In this document: positions 11,283 through 24,060 of the stretch, piece after piece | Layout: each line of letters begins with the position of its first letter | Position numbering within the stretch: the first letter of the stretch is position 1 | From: Octopus sinensis | Taxonomy: Eukaryota | NCBI RefSeq assembly: GCF_006345805.1 | Contig: NC_043005.1 | Span: 75,516,001-75,580,000, forward strand | Length of the DNA: 64,000 nucleotides | Direction of reading: 5' to 3' | The notes under the pieces: model-generated | Told to the model about the DNA's origin: nothing | The model's input: only the letters and a program-made list of their open reading frames with translations | Database searches by the model: none | Made by a program: the position numbers and the translations under genes

Positions 11283-12516
11283 TATTGGGTTGGAAAAGAG
11301 TGATTTCGGTTTTTTAGTGTGAAATAAATCATTTATTTTCATACTAAGAATGAACTTTAATCAATTATATATTTTCCAGTTTGTTTGATGACCTTTTGCC
11401 ATCTTTCTGGCAACTCCATGAATCTGTGCTCATAGTACTTCTGGTTCTTATCAGCCAAAATGCTGAAGTAAGTGCAATTTCAGGTTATCATTATTGAAAG
11501 TTTTACCATTGAAAGAATTTTGCAAACTTTGAAATAAATGGTAATCTGATGGTGCAACGTCAGGGCTCTATGGTAGATCTGACATCACTTCCCAATCAAG
11601 CTCCAATAATTTTTCACAAGTTAGCAAAGATGTGCGTGGTCTAGCATTCTTTTATGATTTGCTAATTCTGGCCATTTTTCTTTGATTGCTTTATCCAGCT
11701 TCATTAGTTGTTGACAGTAAACATCTGAATTGATCGTTTGGTTCCTTGGAAGCTGCTTGAAATACACAACACTGTTGTAATCCTACCACATTGACAGCAT
11801 GACCTTTTTTTGATGCAATTCAGCTTTTGATGTAGTTTGTGCTGGTTCATTACATTTGGACCATGGTCATTTTTGATTGATGTTATTGTAGACAATCCAT
11901 TTTTCTTCCCCAGCGATGATTCGTTCTAAAAAGGGTCGATTTCATTGCGTTTGAGATGCATATTGCAAATATTGATTTGTTGTGTGGAACCCAAATATTG
12001 AGCTTCTTAACGAGTCCAAGACATTTTAAGTGATCTTCAATTGTTGTGTGTGATACATTTAACCACTCTGCAGTTTCTTGCACAGCTATATGACAATCAG
12101 ATTCAAATATGGCTTTGATTCGGTCATCATCAACTTCAGTAGGTTGACCAGAATATTGGTCATCTTTGAGTGAAAAATCTCCAGAACAAATTTTTTTAAA
12201 CCATTTCTAACATGTGTGTTCTGTTAAGCAATCAACACCATAAACTTCCCATATCTCTTTGTGAGCCTCGGCAGTTTTCTTGCCTTTATGGAAATAAAAA
12301 AGCAAAAGAGGTGAAAATGTTCATTTTTGCACTCCATGTTAATATTGACACTGAACTAACAGCTTTTACCAAAATTACATGCAATTTGCTTCTAAAGTGA
12401 ACTAAAAGTAATGGGTATCAAAAGGAAAAAAAAATCATAATATTAACAAAAGTCATAAAAAAAAAACATAACTATTTATTTCCGAAAAACAACATTACTT
12501 TCTTGCCAACCCAGTA
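11283..12516 (-). mobile_element. Near-full-length decayed mariner element (~1.23 kb)
   Basis: TIR pair TATTGGGTTGGAAAAGAG / TACTGGGTTGGCAAGAAAG (reverse complement). Transposase remnant includes HLKCLGLVKKLNIWVPH (WVPHEL motif). Confidence 0.9.
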
Positions 12517-12554
12517 TATATATACATATACATTCATACAAACATACATACATA

Positions 12555-12564
<10 letters not shown>

Positions 12565-12589
<25 letters not shown>

Positions 12590-12730
12590 GATACAAAAAT
12601 GGGACAAGAATGCAAAACATAAAAATGGAACAACAAAATATACAGATAGATGATACAAAGAAAACAAGGACGGCTCATTTGAAGTTTCCTTTCCTCAGTC
12701 GAGTACCAGATTATCTTCGCAATTTTGACA
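12565..12730. repeat. Unclassified interspersed repeat fragment
   Basis: Complex CpG-containing block between TA tracts; family not identified. Confidence 0.3.
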
Positions 12731-13137
12731 CATATACATTCATACAAAATGCATACATACATATATATGTTGTATATATATATGTATATATATATGTATA
12801 TATAATATATATATATATATTATATATTATATATATACACACACACATACTTTTATATATTTATATATGTATATATTAAGGATGAGATGATGATTCATTG
12901 TCAGTATTCAGTGTTTCTCACTGTGTGCAATCATTCAGGCAACATAAAGACAAATGGGATGGAGGTGGTTTAATATGGTCCAGAGTACCACACACACACA
13001 CACAACAACACACACACACACATATGCATGTGCATATACACACATTGCTATATATTTATGTAAATAAGATCAGCAATATTTTTATAACTGTGCGGTTTTG
13101 AAAACATAACTATGCTCTATATATCTAAGATAAAGAA

Positions 13138-13170
<33 letters not shown>

Positions 13171-13439
13171 TGAGTTGACTCAGGATTTGTCTTATACTTG
13201 TTTGAATTTATGTGGTGTTGTGAATTTATGTGGCTTGTAACCTTAGATATTCATATGATTTCAATAAGCTGTCAAATGCTCAAAATCCATCTGATGATAT
13301 TTATTATTCTCAAAAAGCAACTCTTTTGCTGATGTGATACAAGACTTACTATTCTTCCAATCTCCTTTAACCACCACTGCTGCTGCCACCACCACCGCCA
13401 CCACCACCACCACTGCCACCACCACCACCACCAATACTT

Positions 13440-13615
13440 TTATTATTATCATTGCCTTTGCACAGCTTCTAACGCTGGAGGCATACTATGGTGTCAGCTG
13501 TTCACTACCAGTAAACTAAGGTAACACCTCTTATTTTTCAAGCACCTTCTGGAGTATTCAAACGGTTCCAAGCAGTGCTGTTTTCTGCAAGTGCTCCACC
13601 CTTATTACAGCCTTT
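13440..13615 (-). mobile_element. R4/Dong-clade LINE 3' end fragment
   Basis: LQKTALLGTV*ILQKVL resembles the R4/Dong C-terminal LQK.ALLGTA.ILRKVL. It is followed by a TAA-rich tail. Confidence 0.7.
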
Positions 13616-13944
13616 ATTTGTTCCACGTACTTCTTGAGATTTTTGCTCACTGTTTGTTATTATTATTATCATCATCATTATCATCATTATCATCATCATC
13701 ATCATCATCATCATTATTATCATCACTATCTGTTTTCCATTTTGTTTCCATTTCTTGATGATTGTCTTCCTGACACCTAGGGCAGAGAAACGTACTGTAT
13801 ACATTGGTAGGCCATTAAAATAAACACACCAGAATGTTCATTTAGAAAGTCATGTGACAGAAAAAAATGGGGAAGAAAGAAAGAAAAAGTGAGATGACAC
13901 ATATTTTTGATTTCAATCAGTGAATCTTTATATTTTCTGAATTA

Positions 13945-14265
13945 TTATTATTATCATTCAGTAGTTTTATTTTTATTGCATGCTTTCACTTCACTACCAA
14001 GCGCAGCTCTGTGTGCCTTGGGTATGTGCTGTGATTTGTCTGATGCTCTGATGGTTACTGTATTGAAAGTGTTTTGCATAGGATGTGTGCAGTGCCCAGT
14101 AGTGCAATTTTCTGTATGTTATATGTGTTTGTAAGTCCTGGTGTGTTTGTTATGTATTTGTCTGAATATTTTTTCATCATGCCTAATGCGCCTACTATGA
14201 TAGGAATTATTTTTAGATTCCACATTCGAGTTACCTCTACTTCCAGGTCTTTGTATTTTGAAAGT
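13945..14265 (-). mobile_element. R4/Dong-clade LINE 3' end (REL endonuclease C-terminus plus 3' UTR)
   Basis: LSKYKDLEVEVTRMWNLKIIPIIVGALGMMKKYSDKYITNTPGLTNTYNIQKIALLGTAHILCKTLSIQ*, flanked by (TAA)n on both sides. Confidence 0.88.
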
Positions 14266-14689
14266 TATTATTATTATTATTATCATTATTATTATTATTA
14301 TTATGATGATGATGATGAGGTAAAATGTTTGGTTATTTTGCAAGCCCATGTCATCCTACATTTACCTTCACCGCTGCTCCATGCATCCACGTCCTACAAT
14401 TAAGTCAAATCCCAAATCCCAGTTTTTGAGTATAAAACAAGATTTGTACTGACATAGGGGATTACTGGAAACATGCAAGTGCTTTTGTATGTTGTTATGT
14501 CAAATGTGGTTATAATGAATCATGATAAAAGGAAATTGAAAATAAACATAGCTAAAATTAGCAAGGAAACTCAAACATTCATGCATAATTTTAGTAGCCA
14601 TAGTAAAATCTGATCAGATTCCTTTAGTGATTAACTGGCTCTGAAATTTCATTGGCATTTCAATAGTATTGCATGAGAGTTACCAGCAT

Positions 14690-15075
14690 ATTTCAGAAGA
14701 ATATCCTCATTTCAATCAAGTATTCCCTCATCCACCTATTGTAACCTTTAGACACAATAAAAATGTAAGGGAGCTATTAATCACTACCCCTAACCCCAAT
14801 AAATCTGCCAATAGTCCTTTGGAATGCTGCATCCCGAAGAACAGCTGCAAGAGAGAAACTCCTGTTCATTGTGCAACAGTATGAATCAAGTTAATTCCAT
14901 CACAAATTATAACAGAAATGTTATGATTTATACAGAAAGTGGGGACATATAAAGATTCCCATTGGGTGTAACACAGCAGAATACGCCAAACACAACTTGA
15001 TTTATGCTGGTTGCAAAACAGAACAATTAAGTAAAAGATTCAATGGGCCGAGGTATGACAACAGGCACTATAACA
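14690..15075 (+). mobile_element. Penelope-like element, decayed linker and GIY-YIG endonuclease
   Basis: FNQVFPHPPIVTFRHNKNVRELLI, CSLCNSM and KHNLIYAGCKTEQLSKRFNG.RYD match the PLE linker and the YIG half-motif. Frameshifted. Confidence 0.8.
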
Positions 15076-15552
15076 TCAAATGGATATAATTTTGAGGAAC
15101 ACCTGAAAGAGCACATTCTAAGAAAATATTCCGACTCTACTGCGCTTTCAGTTCTCAAAATGCATGGGGATAAATATATATTTGCAAATTGCTAATGTCA
15201 TGCCCTAGAGGAATGAATAACCATAAAGTGACTGGTGAATTTCATCACATTTACACAAAACTGTCTGACTAAATGTTCTCTTTCCTGTTTCCTTTCTTCT
15301 TTCTTTTTTCCTTTTTCCTTGTTACCTGTGATGAAAAATCCAAAAACTGATGACATTATTTTATTTTATCTAAAATGGAATGCTGGATATTCCTGTTCAT
15401 ATTTTGAATTTCTGTATTCCTACATTTTTTTTTTTGTTTTAAATTTGGAACACGAGAAAGACAGAGAAACTGTGGAAATATTGTTCAATTCATTCACTTC
15501 AATGGACAGTCAATCTCTATTTATTACAAATCACATCATACTTTTATTACTT

Positions 15553-15808
15553 ATCGTCATCATCACCACCATCATCATCATCATCACCATCATCATCACC
15601 ATCATCACCACCACCACACCACCACCATCATCATCATTATCATCACATCATCATCACCATCATCATCATCATCACCATCACCACCACCACACCACCACCA
15701 TCATCATCACCATCATTACCACCACCACCACCACCACCACCATCATCACCACCACCACCACCACCACCATCATCATCATCACATCATCATCATCATCATC
15801 ACCACCAC

Positions 15809-15839
<31 letters not shown>

Positions 15840-15893
15840 CCACCATCATCATCATCACCACCACCACCACCACCACCACCACCACCTTCATGA
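15553..15893. repeat. (CAT/CAC)n trinucleotide array
   Basis: Seen directly; it produces the spurious poly-His/Thr ORF 15235-15942. Confidence 0.95.
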
Positions 15894-16689
15894 TGATGAT
15901 GTTGTTGTTGTTATTAAAGTTTTGATGTTCATAATTCCCTGATCACAAGATTGATGAATAGCACAAGACACCATTTAGTCACCATGATGCAGCACTGTCT
16001 CACCTCGGCACATAATGCTTCTTATGTCTTCTCTGCTCTGTCTTCTCTACAAATACCTCCAACCATCAACTGCAGGTGTCATCCATTTATATTATGCATG
16101 CTTACATGTTTAACCATCTCTTCTACACGTCTCCGTGTAACATATGCAGTGTGTAATTGTTCCTACACCTGACTGTTGTTTGTTCTTTCATGAAGATATT
16201 AATGTTAGACATCACATGGACTATATTCCAATCAGTTCTACTTGGCTTCAGGAGAATGTTTGTATTTAGCACCCTATGATACACATATATACCCTCCAGT
16301 GAAGGTGGATTGTTTTTTCATTAGGAACAAGTCATTTCCTAGTATGAACTATTTAAAGAATTCAAATGTGTATGTGTGTGTGTGTGTCTGTGTGTATGTA
16401 TGTATGTATATATATTGTTATCAAAATAAGCAACTTATATAATACCGCACTAAATTCTGGTGCCTCAACTTAAGTAACATATTCATCTGAATCTATATAG
16501 TTAGATAGATAGATAGATAGATACACACATACATATACATGTATTTATATATCTTTATGTATACATGTGTATAGATATGTGCATATTTACATATACATAT
16601 ATATGCACATATGCATGTATGTATGTATGTATGCATGTATGTATGTATGTATCTATCTATCTATATTCATATATATATGCCAGAACCAT

Positions 16690-16897
16690 CTAATTGGCCC
16701 TCGTGCCGGTGGCACATAAAAGCACCTACTACACTCTCAGAGTGGTTGGCGTTAGGAAGGGCATCCAGCTGTAGAAACTCTGCCAGATCATGATTGAAGC
16801 CTGGTGCAGCCATCTGGTTCGCTAGTCCTCAGTCAAATCTTCCAACCCATGCTAGCATGGAAAGCGGACGTTAAACGATGATGATGATGATGATGAA
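16690..16897 (+). mobile_element. RTE LINE 3' end
   Basis: ...CCCATGCTAGCATGGAAAGCGGACGTTAAAC(GAT)n. Confidence 0.85.
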
Positions 16898-17796
16898 GAT
16901 ATATAGTAAAGTTTATTTGCCAACATAATGTGGCAGCCCTATACAAGGACAATGTTATTGTTTTTTAACCCCAGGAAAACATCTTTTCTAGTTGGCTACC
17001 GACACAGAGTTTGTACCCATATAGTACATGCAAGGAAGGTCATTGCTCCCATCTTATGTGATACTCACAGACCTAGGTTTCTGAGTAGTTACCCATCCTC
17101 AGTGTGAAGCAATCTCCGGCTAGTAATGGGAGCTCTCTCCACTTACAAATTCTATATAGCTTTTAAGTAACACACAATCGCTGATCTCATAAAGAGAAAA
17201 ACAACTTGTATATATGTATACATATATATATACACACAAGGTTACAAGGTGGTGCCCCGAGCATAGCCGCTGTCTAATTACTGAAAGAAGTAAAAGAATA
17301 CATACATCATTATTATCATCATCATTATCATTTAACATTGTTTTCCATGCTGGCATTGGTTGGATGGTTTGATAGGGTCTGGTCAGGCTTCATAGTCTGT
17401 TTTGGCAGGGTTTTTACGGCTGACTGCCCTTCCTAACGCCAACCACCTTAGAGAGTATATATATATATACACACATACACATAATACATGAATATATTGT
17501 GTGTGTGTGTGTGTGTGTGTGTATACATAAGCAAACATTGGGACACAGTGCAGTCCACAGCCTTGTGGAACCCACTAAAACCAACCCGCTCATGACAGCA
17601 TAGAAGATGAACTTTAAATGATGATGATGTTGATGATCATACTGATGGTGATGATGTTGATATACACACATGCATATATGTATATGGTGTGTGTGTGTGT
17701 GTGTGTATTTGTATGTATCTGTGTACATATGTATGTAGATATATGCCTATAAGGTACTGTAGTACAAACAATATGCATAGAAATTAAAACAAAAGC

Positions 17797-17827
<31 letters not shown>

Positions 17828-17833
17828 TATATA

Positions 17834-17891
<58 letters not shown>

Positions 17892-18033
17892 GTATATATT
17901 ATTATATATATAACTTTATTTAATTGGTAGATGATACAAAGTGACTAAGAGCTAGTGTCTGTGCTTGACAGTAAAGTTTGAGAATCAAATTATTTTGTAC
18001 TTTCTGCTGACTAGCAAAAAGATATGTATATGT

Positions 18034-18066
<33 letters not shown>

Positions 18067-18292
18067 TTACATGTTTGCATGTAGACGTTTATACACACAG
18101 ACATTCACACAGACATATGTATATAAGTGTGGGTGTGGCTATGTGGTAAGAAGTTTGCATCCCAGCCACATGGTTCTGAGTTCAGTCTCACTGCATGGCA
18201 TTTTGGACAAGCATCTTTTACTATAGACCCAGGCCAACCAAAGCCTTCTGAGTGAATTTGTTAGACAGAAAAATGAAAGAACTCTGTTGTAT

Positions 18293-18328
<36 letters not shown>

Positions 18329-18706
18329 GAATATATATATGTATATATATATTTATGTATATAGCAGGCTAGTCTGTTGCAGAGGTACCGGTTTACAGCT
18401 GATTGGACTGGAGCAATATGAAATGAAGTATTTTGTTCCAGAACACAATATCCTACCTTGTATGGGAATTGAACTCACAATCTGGCAATTGTGAGTGCAA
18501 CACCATAACCTCTTGACCATGTGCTCTCACACACACACACACACACATGCATGACTGGATTCCACACAGTATCTGTCTTTCAAATTCGCTCATCAGCCTA
18601 GGGCCATAGTGAAAAGCATTTGGCAAAGGTGCTATATAATAGGATTGAACCTAAAAGTATGTGGTTGTAAAATGATCTTCTTAACCACACAGCCATGTCT
18701 GCTTAC

Positions 18707-18747
18707 CAATCTGGCATAAGTTACGACTGTGTTGAAGCAATTACATC
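18707..18747 (-). CDS. Candidate 41-nt exon
   Basis: Acceptor TTTTTTGTGTTATATGTTTTTTCAG and donor TTG|GTAAGC. The single open frame reads CNCFNTVVTYARL. The donor abuts a SINE head. Confidence 0.3.
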
Positions 18748-18852
18748 CTGAAAAAACATATAACACAAAAAATATGTCTGTTATATTCACTTAATATTTA
18801 TTGCTTGGAAAATGAATATGACAGATTTTTTTTAACGCTTTTTGTTTTTCAG

Positions 18853-18876
18853 TTGGCTAAATGGCTCTTCCACGAG
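18853..18876 (+). other. Candidate 24-nt micro-exon
   Basis: Acceptor TTTTTGTTTTTCAG and donor GAG|GTAATT; reads LAKWLFHE or WLNGSST. Confidence 0.2.
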
Positions 18877-18901
18877 GTAATTGCTATGACATCATCATCA
18901 T

Positions 18902-18940
<39 letters not shown>

Positions 18941-19122
18941 GTCATTATCATCATCGTTGTCATCGTCATTGTCATCGTCATCGTTATCATCATCATCATC
19001 ATCATTTTTACCACCATCTGCTCCAGTATCAGTACCAACATCAGCACCACCAGCACCACCAGCACCACCACCAATACAATGATGATGATCATGATGAATG
19101 ATGATGACAATGATCAATGAAA

Positions 19123-19222
19123 NNNNNNNNNNNNNNNNNNNNNNNNNNNNNNNNNNNNNNNNNNNNNNNNNNNNNNNNNNNNNNNNNNNNNNNNNNNNNN
19201 NNNNNNNNNNNNNNNNNNNNNN
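19123..19222. other. Assembly gap (100 N)
   Basis: Run of exactly 100 N. Confidence 1.
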
Positions 19223-19345
19223 CAGCTGAGGACATGCATAGGCTTTGAAAGAAATGAATCCAGTATGCTTCTCTGGATGTGAACATCAGTGTGCATGTAC
19301 AACAGAATGTAAGCACCTTGAGAGAAAAGTTGGGCTTAAAAGGCA
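19223..19345 (+). mobile_element. RTE RT fragment
   Basis: AEDMHRL*RNESSML...SVHVQQNVSTLREKLG matches the 559-1089 protein. Confidence 0.8.
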
Positions 19346-19689
19346 GATCTTCCCTGATACCACTTATCTTTCTCACTACCCCAGAACCATTTCGCCTGTT
19401 ATCTTTCCTCCATGCTCAGCACTATCTTCTCCACCCACATTTTACATTGATTGTGCTACTGAGCCACCAAGTGTCCTCCACTACCATATATCTCTCCCCC
19501 TCACCATTCACTACACCTGCCCTGTGCTCTTACAACCTATGCAACTGTATCATGACCTTTCTCCCTTTTACTATCTTTTGTCTGTCTTTGTTTGTCCCCT
19601 CTATGTTTAGCCCATTGTGGGCAATAAAGAAATAAGAAATAGAGGTAGGATGAATGTAATGGATGCTGACCAAGCAGGGCTTTTGGCTC

Positions 19690-20580
19690 ATCGTGTCAAA
19701 CTGTTGAATACCTTCAGAGCATATGGTATCCCATGCACTATTGTAGATGCTATTAACATTCTCTTCGAAGATACTCTCATTCAAGTTTTATTGTCTAATG
19801 CTGGTACAGATTTATTGAGATCCTGACAGGAGTACTACATGGTGACACTCTTATGGCCTTGCTATATATAATGGCTTTGGACTATTCACTGAATTGCAAT
19901 ATCAAATGCAGAAAAAACAGGTTTTTAAATAATTCCTCCAAAAACCAGATGTGATTTTGCAACTATTGTTACTGTAACAGATTCATCATCATCATCATCA
20001 TCATTTAATGTCCATTTTCCATGCTAGCATGGGTTGGACGATTCGACCGGGGTCTGGGAAGCCAGGAGGCTGCATCAGGCTCCAGTCTGATCTGGCAGTG
20101 TTTCTACAGCTGGATGCCCTTCCTAACGCCAACCACTCCATGAGTGTAGTGGGTGCTTTTTAAGTGCCACTGACACAGGTGCCAGACGAGGCTGGCAGTG
20201 GCCACGATTGGTTGGTGCTTTTTACGTGCCACTGGCACAGAAGTCAGTCAAGGCGACGCGGGCATCGGCCACGTTCGGATGGTGCTTTTTATGTGCCACC
20301 GGCACAGGTATCACAACTACAATTTCCATTTGATATTTATTTTGAAGTTGATGATATAATTCATAGATTATGCAGATGATATAATTCTTACTTCAAATAC
20401 AATCAAGAAAGCTCAACAGTTTTTTAGAGCAGCAGTAGAATGCATATTGATATATAGATTTGAATGCTGTACACTTGCTTATGTAACAGAAAGCTTAAAA
20501 AGTAGGGTAAAGGGAACATATACAAGGAGGGCAAAGAACGTTTCTTTGAAACAACAGTTATTGAACAGTGTATAGTATTG
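19690..20580 (+). mobile_element. Old RTE-related LINE RT fragment, interrupted by a younger RTE 3' end at 19984-20363
   Basis: FRAYGIPCTIVDAINILF, GVLHGDTL..LYIMALDY, TVTD|LDYADDII split at the insertion, and AVECILIY..TYTR. Confidence 0.8.
19984..20363 (-). mobile_element. RTE LINE 3' end inserted into the older LINE
   Basis: (CAT)n tail and three ~60-bp unit starts. Confidence 0.85.
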
Positions 20581-20905
20581 AAAAATACCATTATTAACAG
20601 AAACCATCAAATGGTATAGACTCTAGGATGTGTAAATGCGTGTGTATACATATATTTTATCTTTATTTGGTTTAGTCATCAGACTGCAGCCATGCTGGGA
20701 CACTGCCTTGAAGAAGTTTTAGTCAAGCTTATTGATTCCAGTACTTATTTTTTGGTAAAAACTGGTCCTTAGGCTATCGGTCTCTTTTGCTGAACTGCTA
20801 AGTCATGGGGATGTAAACATACCAAAACCAGTTGTCCAAACAGTGGTTAGGGACAAACACAAACACACACACACATACACAGAGGATCGGTTTCTTTTAG
20901 TTTCT

Positions 20906-21137
20906 TATTTCTTTATTGCCCACAAGGGGCTAAACATAGAGGGAACAAACAAGGACAGACAAACGGATTAAGTTGATTACATCGACCCCAGTGTGTAACT
21001 GGTATTTAATTTATCGACCCCGAAAGGATGAAAGGCAAAGTCGACTTCGGCGGAATTTGAACTCAGAACGTAACGACAGACGAAAACCGCTAAGCATTTC
21101 ACCTGGCGTGCTAACGTTTCTGCTAGCTTGCCGCCAT
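20906..21137 (-). mobile_element. SINE family B with 15-bp TSD
   Basis: TTTCTTTTAGTTTCT occurs at 20891-20905 and 21138-21152. Confidence 0.9.
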
Positions 21138-21267
21138 TTTCTTTTAGTTTCTGCCTACCAAATCCACTTACAAGGCTTTGGTCAGCCTGAGGCTATTGTA
21201 GAAGTCATTTGCCCAAAGTGTTACACTGGGACTGAATCCAGAATTGTGTACCTAGTTAAGTTACCTT

Positions 21268-21504
21268 CATGAGTCACGCTGACTCATAATGGCCAGTTTC
21301 CTGGTTTCCACGGCATAAAAATTCCCCACCTGGATGAGACGCTAGTCCAGCACACTGTTACTCATTCTTGCCAGCTGAGTGGACTGGAGCAACATGAAAT
21401 GAAATTTTTTGCTCAAGAAAACAATGCGTTGCCTGGTTCAGGAATCGAAACCACAATCTTGCATCCATGAGTCCAATACCCTAACCACTAAGCCATATGC
21501 CTCC
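21268..21504 (-). mobile_element. SINE family D (tRNA head)
   Basis: Inverted counterpart of 58447-58690 (GGAGGCATATGGCTTAGTGGTTAGGG...GGTTTCGATTCC...TTCTTGAGCAAAA). Confidence 0.75.
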
Positions 21505-21663
21505 ACAACCATGTACTTAGGAAGCAAACTTTTTACCACACAACCATGCTTACACCTGCTATAATTTTGTGGTCAAAATAAATTAACTGAATTTTAAAAA
21601 CCCAAACAATCTGGCCATGACCATTCAATCTTATCAGAATGTTTATCTTAGACTAAATTACCC

Positions 21664-22012
21664 TATACTCTTTTACTCTTTTACTTGTTTCAGTCATTTG
21701 ACTCTGGCCATGCTGGAGCACCGACTTTAGTCAAGCAAATCGACCCCAGGACTTATTCTTTGTAAGCCTATCGGTCTCTTTTGCCAAACCGCTAAGTTTT
21801 GGGGACGTAAACATACCAGCATCAGTTATCAAGTGGGGGACAAACACAGATTCACAAACATATATATATATACATATACATATATACGACGGGCTTCTTT
21901 TCAGTTTCTGTCTACCAAATCCACTCACAAGGCTTTGGTCAGCTCGAGGCTATAGTAGAAGACACTTGCCCAAGGTGCCACACAGTGGGACTGAACCCAG
22001 AACCATGTGGTT
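21664..22012 (-). mobile_element. SINE family A, near full length
   Basis: Matches the family A body and tail. Confidence 0.9.
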
Positions 22013-22974
22013 GGTATATATCCTTTTCTTTAAAAAAATAGCTGGTTGAGTATGATTTGAGGGAGATTTGGCTACTATTTCTAGCTGGTTGAGCAACCAT
22101 ATCAGTTCATACATATTTTGAGTTAATAAAAAATAATGGAATGTCAGATAAAAGATTTATGGTAGTTTATTTTCCCAGTTCAGATTCCATTGAGGTTGAT
22201 GTTTGTTTGATGTTTGTCTTGCATTCTTCCAGAACAGGTAAAAATAAATACCAGTTTTGCTAGCGGTAAGGACTAACTCTTATCACCTATACTACCCTGC
22301 TCTTGATTATTTGTTGCATTGTGCCAAACATAAGAAATTGTTGTATTTCGGTCAGTGATTCAGTTCTAATATGTCTTGATTAAAATGGGATTTAGAACCT
22401 GCTGTCAGAGAAGCTGACAAAAGATAAGTTTATCTTGATTTATGGATGAGATCAGTTGAATAATGGCCAGTATACTAATATTTATTCTCTGAAAAAAGAA
22501 TATACAATAACAGGATACAGAATGCAAATTTCATCTAAAAATACAAAACAGTCCTTAATAGCTACCGGCATTATTCTTTCAACGTTGATTTTTTATTAAA
22601 AAAAAAATGCAACATAAAAGGCAAAGTTATTTTGTAGAATAATATAAATGTGATTTCAAAATATTGATTTCTTTTGATTAAGCACAATAGTAATTTTTAC
22701 TTAGTGTATTGAACTGACCGGAATGTACTACAATGTTTATTTTATATACTTCGGGATGATAAAAAGCAAGGTTTATAGCAATTTAAGTTATCTGGGCTAT
22801 GAACTTCATCTTTCATGTTCGATAAAACTACATTTCAGTCGGTCAGATCTACATACATTTTCTGGTTCCTTATTCCCTACAATAACGTTTTTGGTATTTC
22901 TTAATTTTTTAATCATTTTTCGTTTTTGGATTTAGTTTGCAAGATTCTTTATATGAGTTCGTGTGTTGAAGCAT

Positions 22975-23125
22975 ATTTTGTTGTGTCTGGAGGGAGTCAT
23001 TTTCTTTTTGCCTTATAATGTAAAACACTCACCGGTAAAATTTCCAACTTTTTATTCTTATTTTTATTTTCCTAAAATTTTCGTTGCATCTTGCAACCTT
23101 TTCAATAGTTTTAACTCTCATTCTT
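22975..23125. repeat. Unclassified dispersed repeat; inverted second copy at about 61540-61690
   Basis: TTGTGTCTGG..GAGTCATTTT..CACTCACCGGTAAAATTTCCAA..TTTTCCTAAAATTTTC..AACCTTTTCAATAGTTTT is shared in opposite orientation. Confidence 0.8.
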
Positions 23126-23307
23126 TAATCATTCTTTTAGGTAAAGCTGATCTTGGTAGAATTTGAAAAAACAGTGATGAGATTAAATGCTATAAAGCCT
23201 TTAGCACTGCACTCCATTGGAAATGTGTGGTTAATTCCCAACCACTCCATACAAAAGTAACAATACATTTGAATATCATCATCATCATCATTTCACATCC
23301 ATCTTCC

Positions 23308-23531
23308 TATTTCTTTATTGCCCACAAGGGGCTAAACATAGAGGGGACAAACAAAGGACAGACAAAGGGATTAAGTTGATTAGATCGACCCCAGTGCGTA
23401 ACTAGTGCTTAATTTATTGACCCCGAAAGGATGAAGGCAAAGTCGACCTCGGTGGAATTTGAACTCAGAACGTAACGAAATACTGCTAAGCATTTCGCTC
23501 GGCACGCTAACGTTTCTGCCAGCTCGCCGCC
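23308..23531 (-). mobile_element. SINE family B with 17-bp TSD, inserted in an RTE tail
   Basis: TTTCACATCCATCTTCC occurs at 23291-23307 and 23532-23548. Confidence 0.92.
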
Positions 23532-23854
23532 TTTCACATCCATCTTCCATACTGGAATGGGTCAGATGGTTTGATGGAAACTATTGAGCTACAGGACTGC
23601 ACCAAGCTCTAGTGTCTGCTTTGGCTTGGTTTCTGATGCTGGGTGCCCTTCTTAATGCCAACAAGTTTACAAAGTGTACTGGGTGCCTTTTACAGCGTGT
23701 ACATAGCACCAGTAGCAGTGAGGTCACCATGTAGGCCACTTGTGAGACAAGACTCCTCAGCTGAGGTGGGGAGTAGTATTGAAGGAGGTGGCTTTGTTTC
23801 AGGTGATGAGGTATGATAGAGGTGTTTTTCTGTAGAGAGTATACATGGCTACCC

Positions 23855-23992
23855 CAGTTGAAAAAGGAGAGAGAGAGAGGGAGAGAGAGAGAGAGGGAGA
23901 GGAGAGAATGAGAAAGGGGGAGAGAGAGAATGAGAAAGGGAAAGAGGGAGAGAGTGAGAGAGAGAGAGGGGGTAGCGAGTGAGAGAGAGACG

Positions 23993-24024
<32 letters not shown>

Positions 24025-24060
24025 AAGAGAAAGGGGGAGAGAGGGAGAGAGATAGAGAGA
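23855..24060. repeat. (GA)n-rich array
   Basis: Seen directly in the sequence. Confidence 0.95.

Larger units (their letters stand above)
20665..21550 (-). mobile_element. SINE family A copy split by two nested SINE insertions
   Basis: 3' half at 20665-20905, 5' part at 21138-21260, head remnant at about 21505-21550. Confidence 0.75.

Noticed and set aside
12675-12705. Hammerhead-like CTGAGGA-AAG-GAAAC on the minus strand
   Set aside because: There is no room for stem II and no convincing stem I or III.
15235-15942. 235-aa poly-His/Thr ORF
   Set aside because: It is driven by a (CAT/CAC)n array, and the rest has no coding signature.
17060-17105. Faint similarity to reverse-complemented 5S rRNA
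   Set aside because: The match is too short and gapped to support a 5S-derived element.
22470-22530. Signal-peptide-like MKFAFCILLLYILFSE on the minus strand
   Set aside because: It hits a stop after 19 codons with no strong donor; T-rich DNA yields hydrophobic peptides by chance.
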